A DNA stretch of 64,000 bases. Source: Bacilli bacterium (GTDB lineage Bacteria > Bacillota_I > Bacilli_A > RF39 > UBA660). Both the position numbers and the translations under genes were made by a program. Shown here piece after piece: positions 62,781 to 64,000 of this stretch (positions are counted from its first letter, which is position 1; each line of letters starts with the position of its first letter). The DNA is taken from positions 27,204-91,203 of the forward strand of contig JAFVEF010000047.1 in assembly GCA_017478105.1 (NCBI GenBank), in the 5' to 3' direction. The notes under the pieces were generated by a model. That model ran no database searches, was not told the DNA's origin, and saw nothing but the letters and a program-made list of their open reading frames with translations.

Positions 62781-64000
62781 CTCCTAAAAAAGATAAATCA
62801 TCAACTTTATCTAAATATACTTTATCCCCTTCTTTAGAAAAACATAAATCTCTATAAGTACAATACTTACAAGAAACATTTTCTAAATTATATATTTTAG
62901 GATTAATTGAAAAATCCCCACTTATTATTTCATCTCTTTTTTCTTCAATATGTTTTTTAGTAAATTTAACCATTTCATATAATGTATCATTAGAAATTAT
63001 TTTACTAAATCTAGAAAAACCTTTCTCATCACTATATTTCATACTTTTTATTAATTCACTATCATTATAAGTAGAATCAAATAATTCAAGCACTGAAACA
63101 TCATCAGTAGAATAACCATTTAAATAATATCTTTCTAGATATTTATTACTATTAACTAAATCATATTTAGGATAATCAAATAATATATTTTGATAATATA
63201 TTCCTGTAAATATTGGATTATTAAATACTTTAGAATAATGAATTAAATATAAATATACTGGTAACTGCATATGAAGACCATATTTCATAGGTTCTATATG
63301 AGTATCAATATTTCCACTTTTATAATCAATAATCGAAAAATATATATCTTCTATCTTTTTATAATACATAATCTTATCAATATACCCAATAAATTTAACA
63401 GACACATCACAAGATAAATCCACTTCAAATAGCTTTTCATAATAACTATTATCATAGGCCGTAATTAAATCTTGTTTTTTTAAAACATCTAAAAAGTCTA
63501 ATATATCTTGTTTAATTCTTAGTAATAATACTTTTTCTTTAAAGTTCAATTCTCTTTTTTCTAAATATTTATTAAACTCTACTAAAAAGTCAAAACCAGG
63601 ATGTTTATATAATGATAATATCTTATGATATAGACTACCTACAAAAGAAGAAAAAGAATCACTAAATTGATCAAGTTTTAAAACATACTTAATATAGTAT
63701 TTAAACTTACATTCATTATAAGCATTTAAAGAAGTATAACTTAGTTTTAAAGGATAATCTAAATTAGTTAAATAATGATCATGATTAATTCCCTTAAATG
63801 AATTATCATATGTGTTATAAGGGATTGTATAATGATTATTTAATAGCTCTAAAACATCGTCTTTTACTCCATAAACATAATAATCATCTAGTTTTTCTCC
63901 AAGTAAAATCTTATTATAATAATTTGAATAATTATAATTAAATTTATAATCTTTAATTACCTCTAAATTTAATTCATTTATTAAATAAGATGGATAATAA
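62773..64000 (-). CDS. addB: ATP-dependent helicase/nuclease subunit B (AddB/RexB), C-terminal part; gene continues beyond window end
   Basis: Reading frame is open on the minus strand from 62773 to the window edge (checked codon by codon; the track's 63549 start is just an internal TTG). C-terminus has the PD-(D/E)XK nuclease and Fe-S Cys cluster CKYCTYRDLC. Confidence 0.75.
   Translation of the reverse strand, partial: YYPSYLINELNLEVIKDYKFNYNYSNYYNKILLGEKLDDYYVYGVKDDVLELLNNHYTIPYNTYDNSFKGINHDHYLTNLDYPLKLSYTSLNAYNECKFKYYIKYVLKLDQFSDSFSSFVGSLYHKILSLYKHPGFDFLVEFNKYLEKRELNFKEKVLLLRIKQDILDFLDVLKKQDLITAYDNSYYEKLFEVDLSCDVSVKFIGYIDKIMYYKKIEDIYFSIIDYKSGNIDTHIEPMKYGLHMQLPVYLYLIHYSKVFNNPIFTGIYYQNILFDYPKYDLVNSNKYLERYYLNGYSTDDVSVLELFDSTYNDSELIKSMKYSDEKGFSRFSKIISNDTLYEMVKFTKKHIEEKRDEIISGDFSINPKIYNLENVSCKYCTYRDLCFSKEGDKVYLDKVDDLSFLGGE

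Noticed and set aside
62773-63549. Track ORF presenting addB as a complete 258-aa gene
   Set aside because: Codon-by-codon reading shows the minus-strand frame stays open from 63549 to the window edge with no stop. The reported start is an internal TTG, so the gene is a truncated view of a much longer addB.

Overview
This is a very AT-rich chromosomal window (roughly 25% GC) from a low-GC Firmicutes/Mollicutes-related bacterium that uses the standard code: long ORFs are intact with TGA read as stop and Trp is TGG. Almost every gene is on the minus strand. A housekeeping backbone is well supported: map, a RecD2-type helicase, a MiaB/MtaB-family radical-SAM methylthiotransferase, a MOP-family flippase followed by an OmpR-type response regulator and histidine kinase, phosphohexomutase, a ZIP metal transporter, a CBS-domain family II pyrophosphatase, a DnaB/DnaD-like replication initiation protein, prepilin peptidase plus PilC/GspF platform protein, tgt-queA-ruvB-ruvA, two paralogous acyl-CoA ligases, yebC, an Hpt-REC protein, obg, rplU-prp-rpmA with a DUF1292 protein, and an addA-addB helicase-nuclease that runs off the window end. 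Interspersed with this backbone is a multigene family of secreted or surface proteins. Three genes encode a SipW-type signal peptide and a camelysin/TasA-like domain, and two of these are fused to DUF285 26-residue repeat arrays. Four genes encode Cys/Tyr/Asn/Thr-rich exported proteins that share a CWQMIRTTDTGG core and a YW(L)xSP...G(V)RPAxSL C-terminal module; one of them also carries an N-terminal VWA domain. These paralogs share near-identical DNA stretches, conserved 5' leaders and terminators, and each has a locally GC-rich, adenine-poor 3' segment at its hypervariable spot. They lie immediately next to the three DNA-repair helicase loci (recD2, helD-like, addAB). Other oddities are a yebC interrupted by an in-frame TAA, a relic 5' gene fragment carrying the family RBS, an Rpn/YhgA-like PD-(D/E)XK protein with a 24-bp tandem repeat array and no canonical start codon, a four-gene operon ending in Hpt-REC, and an uncharacterized two-gene operon between surface-protein genes. 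No rRNA, tRNA, CRISPR array, IS element or prophage was recognised. Intrinsic terminators are AT-stem hairpins that typically overlap the stop codons.
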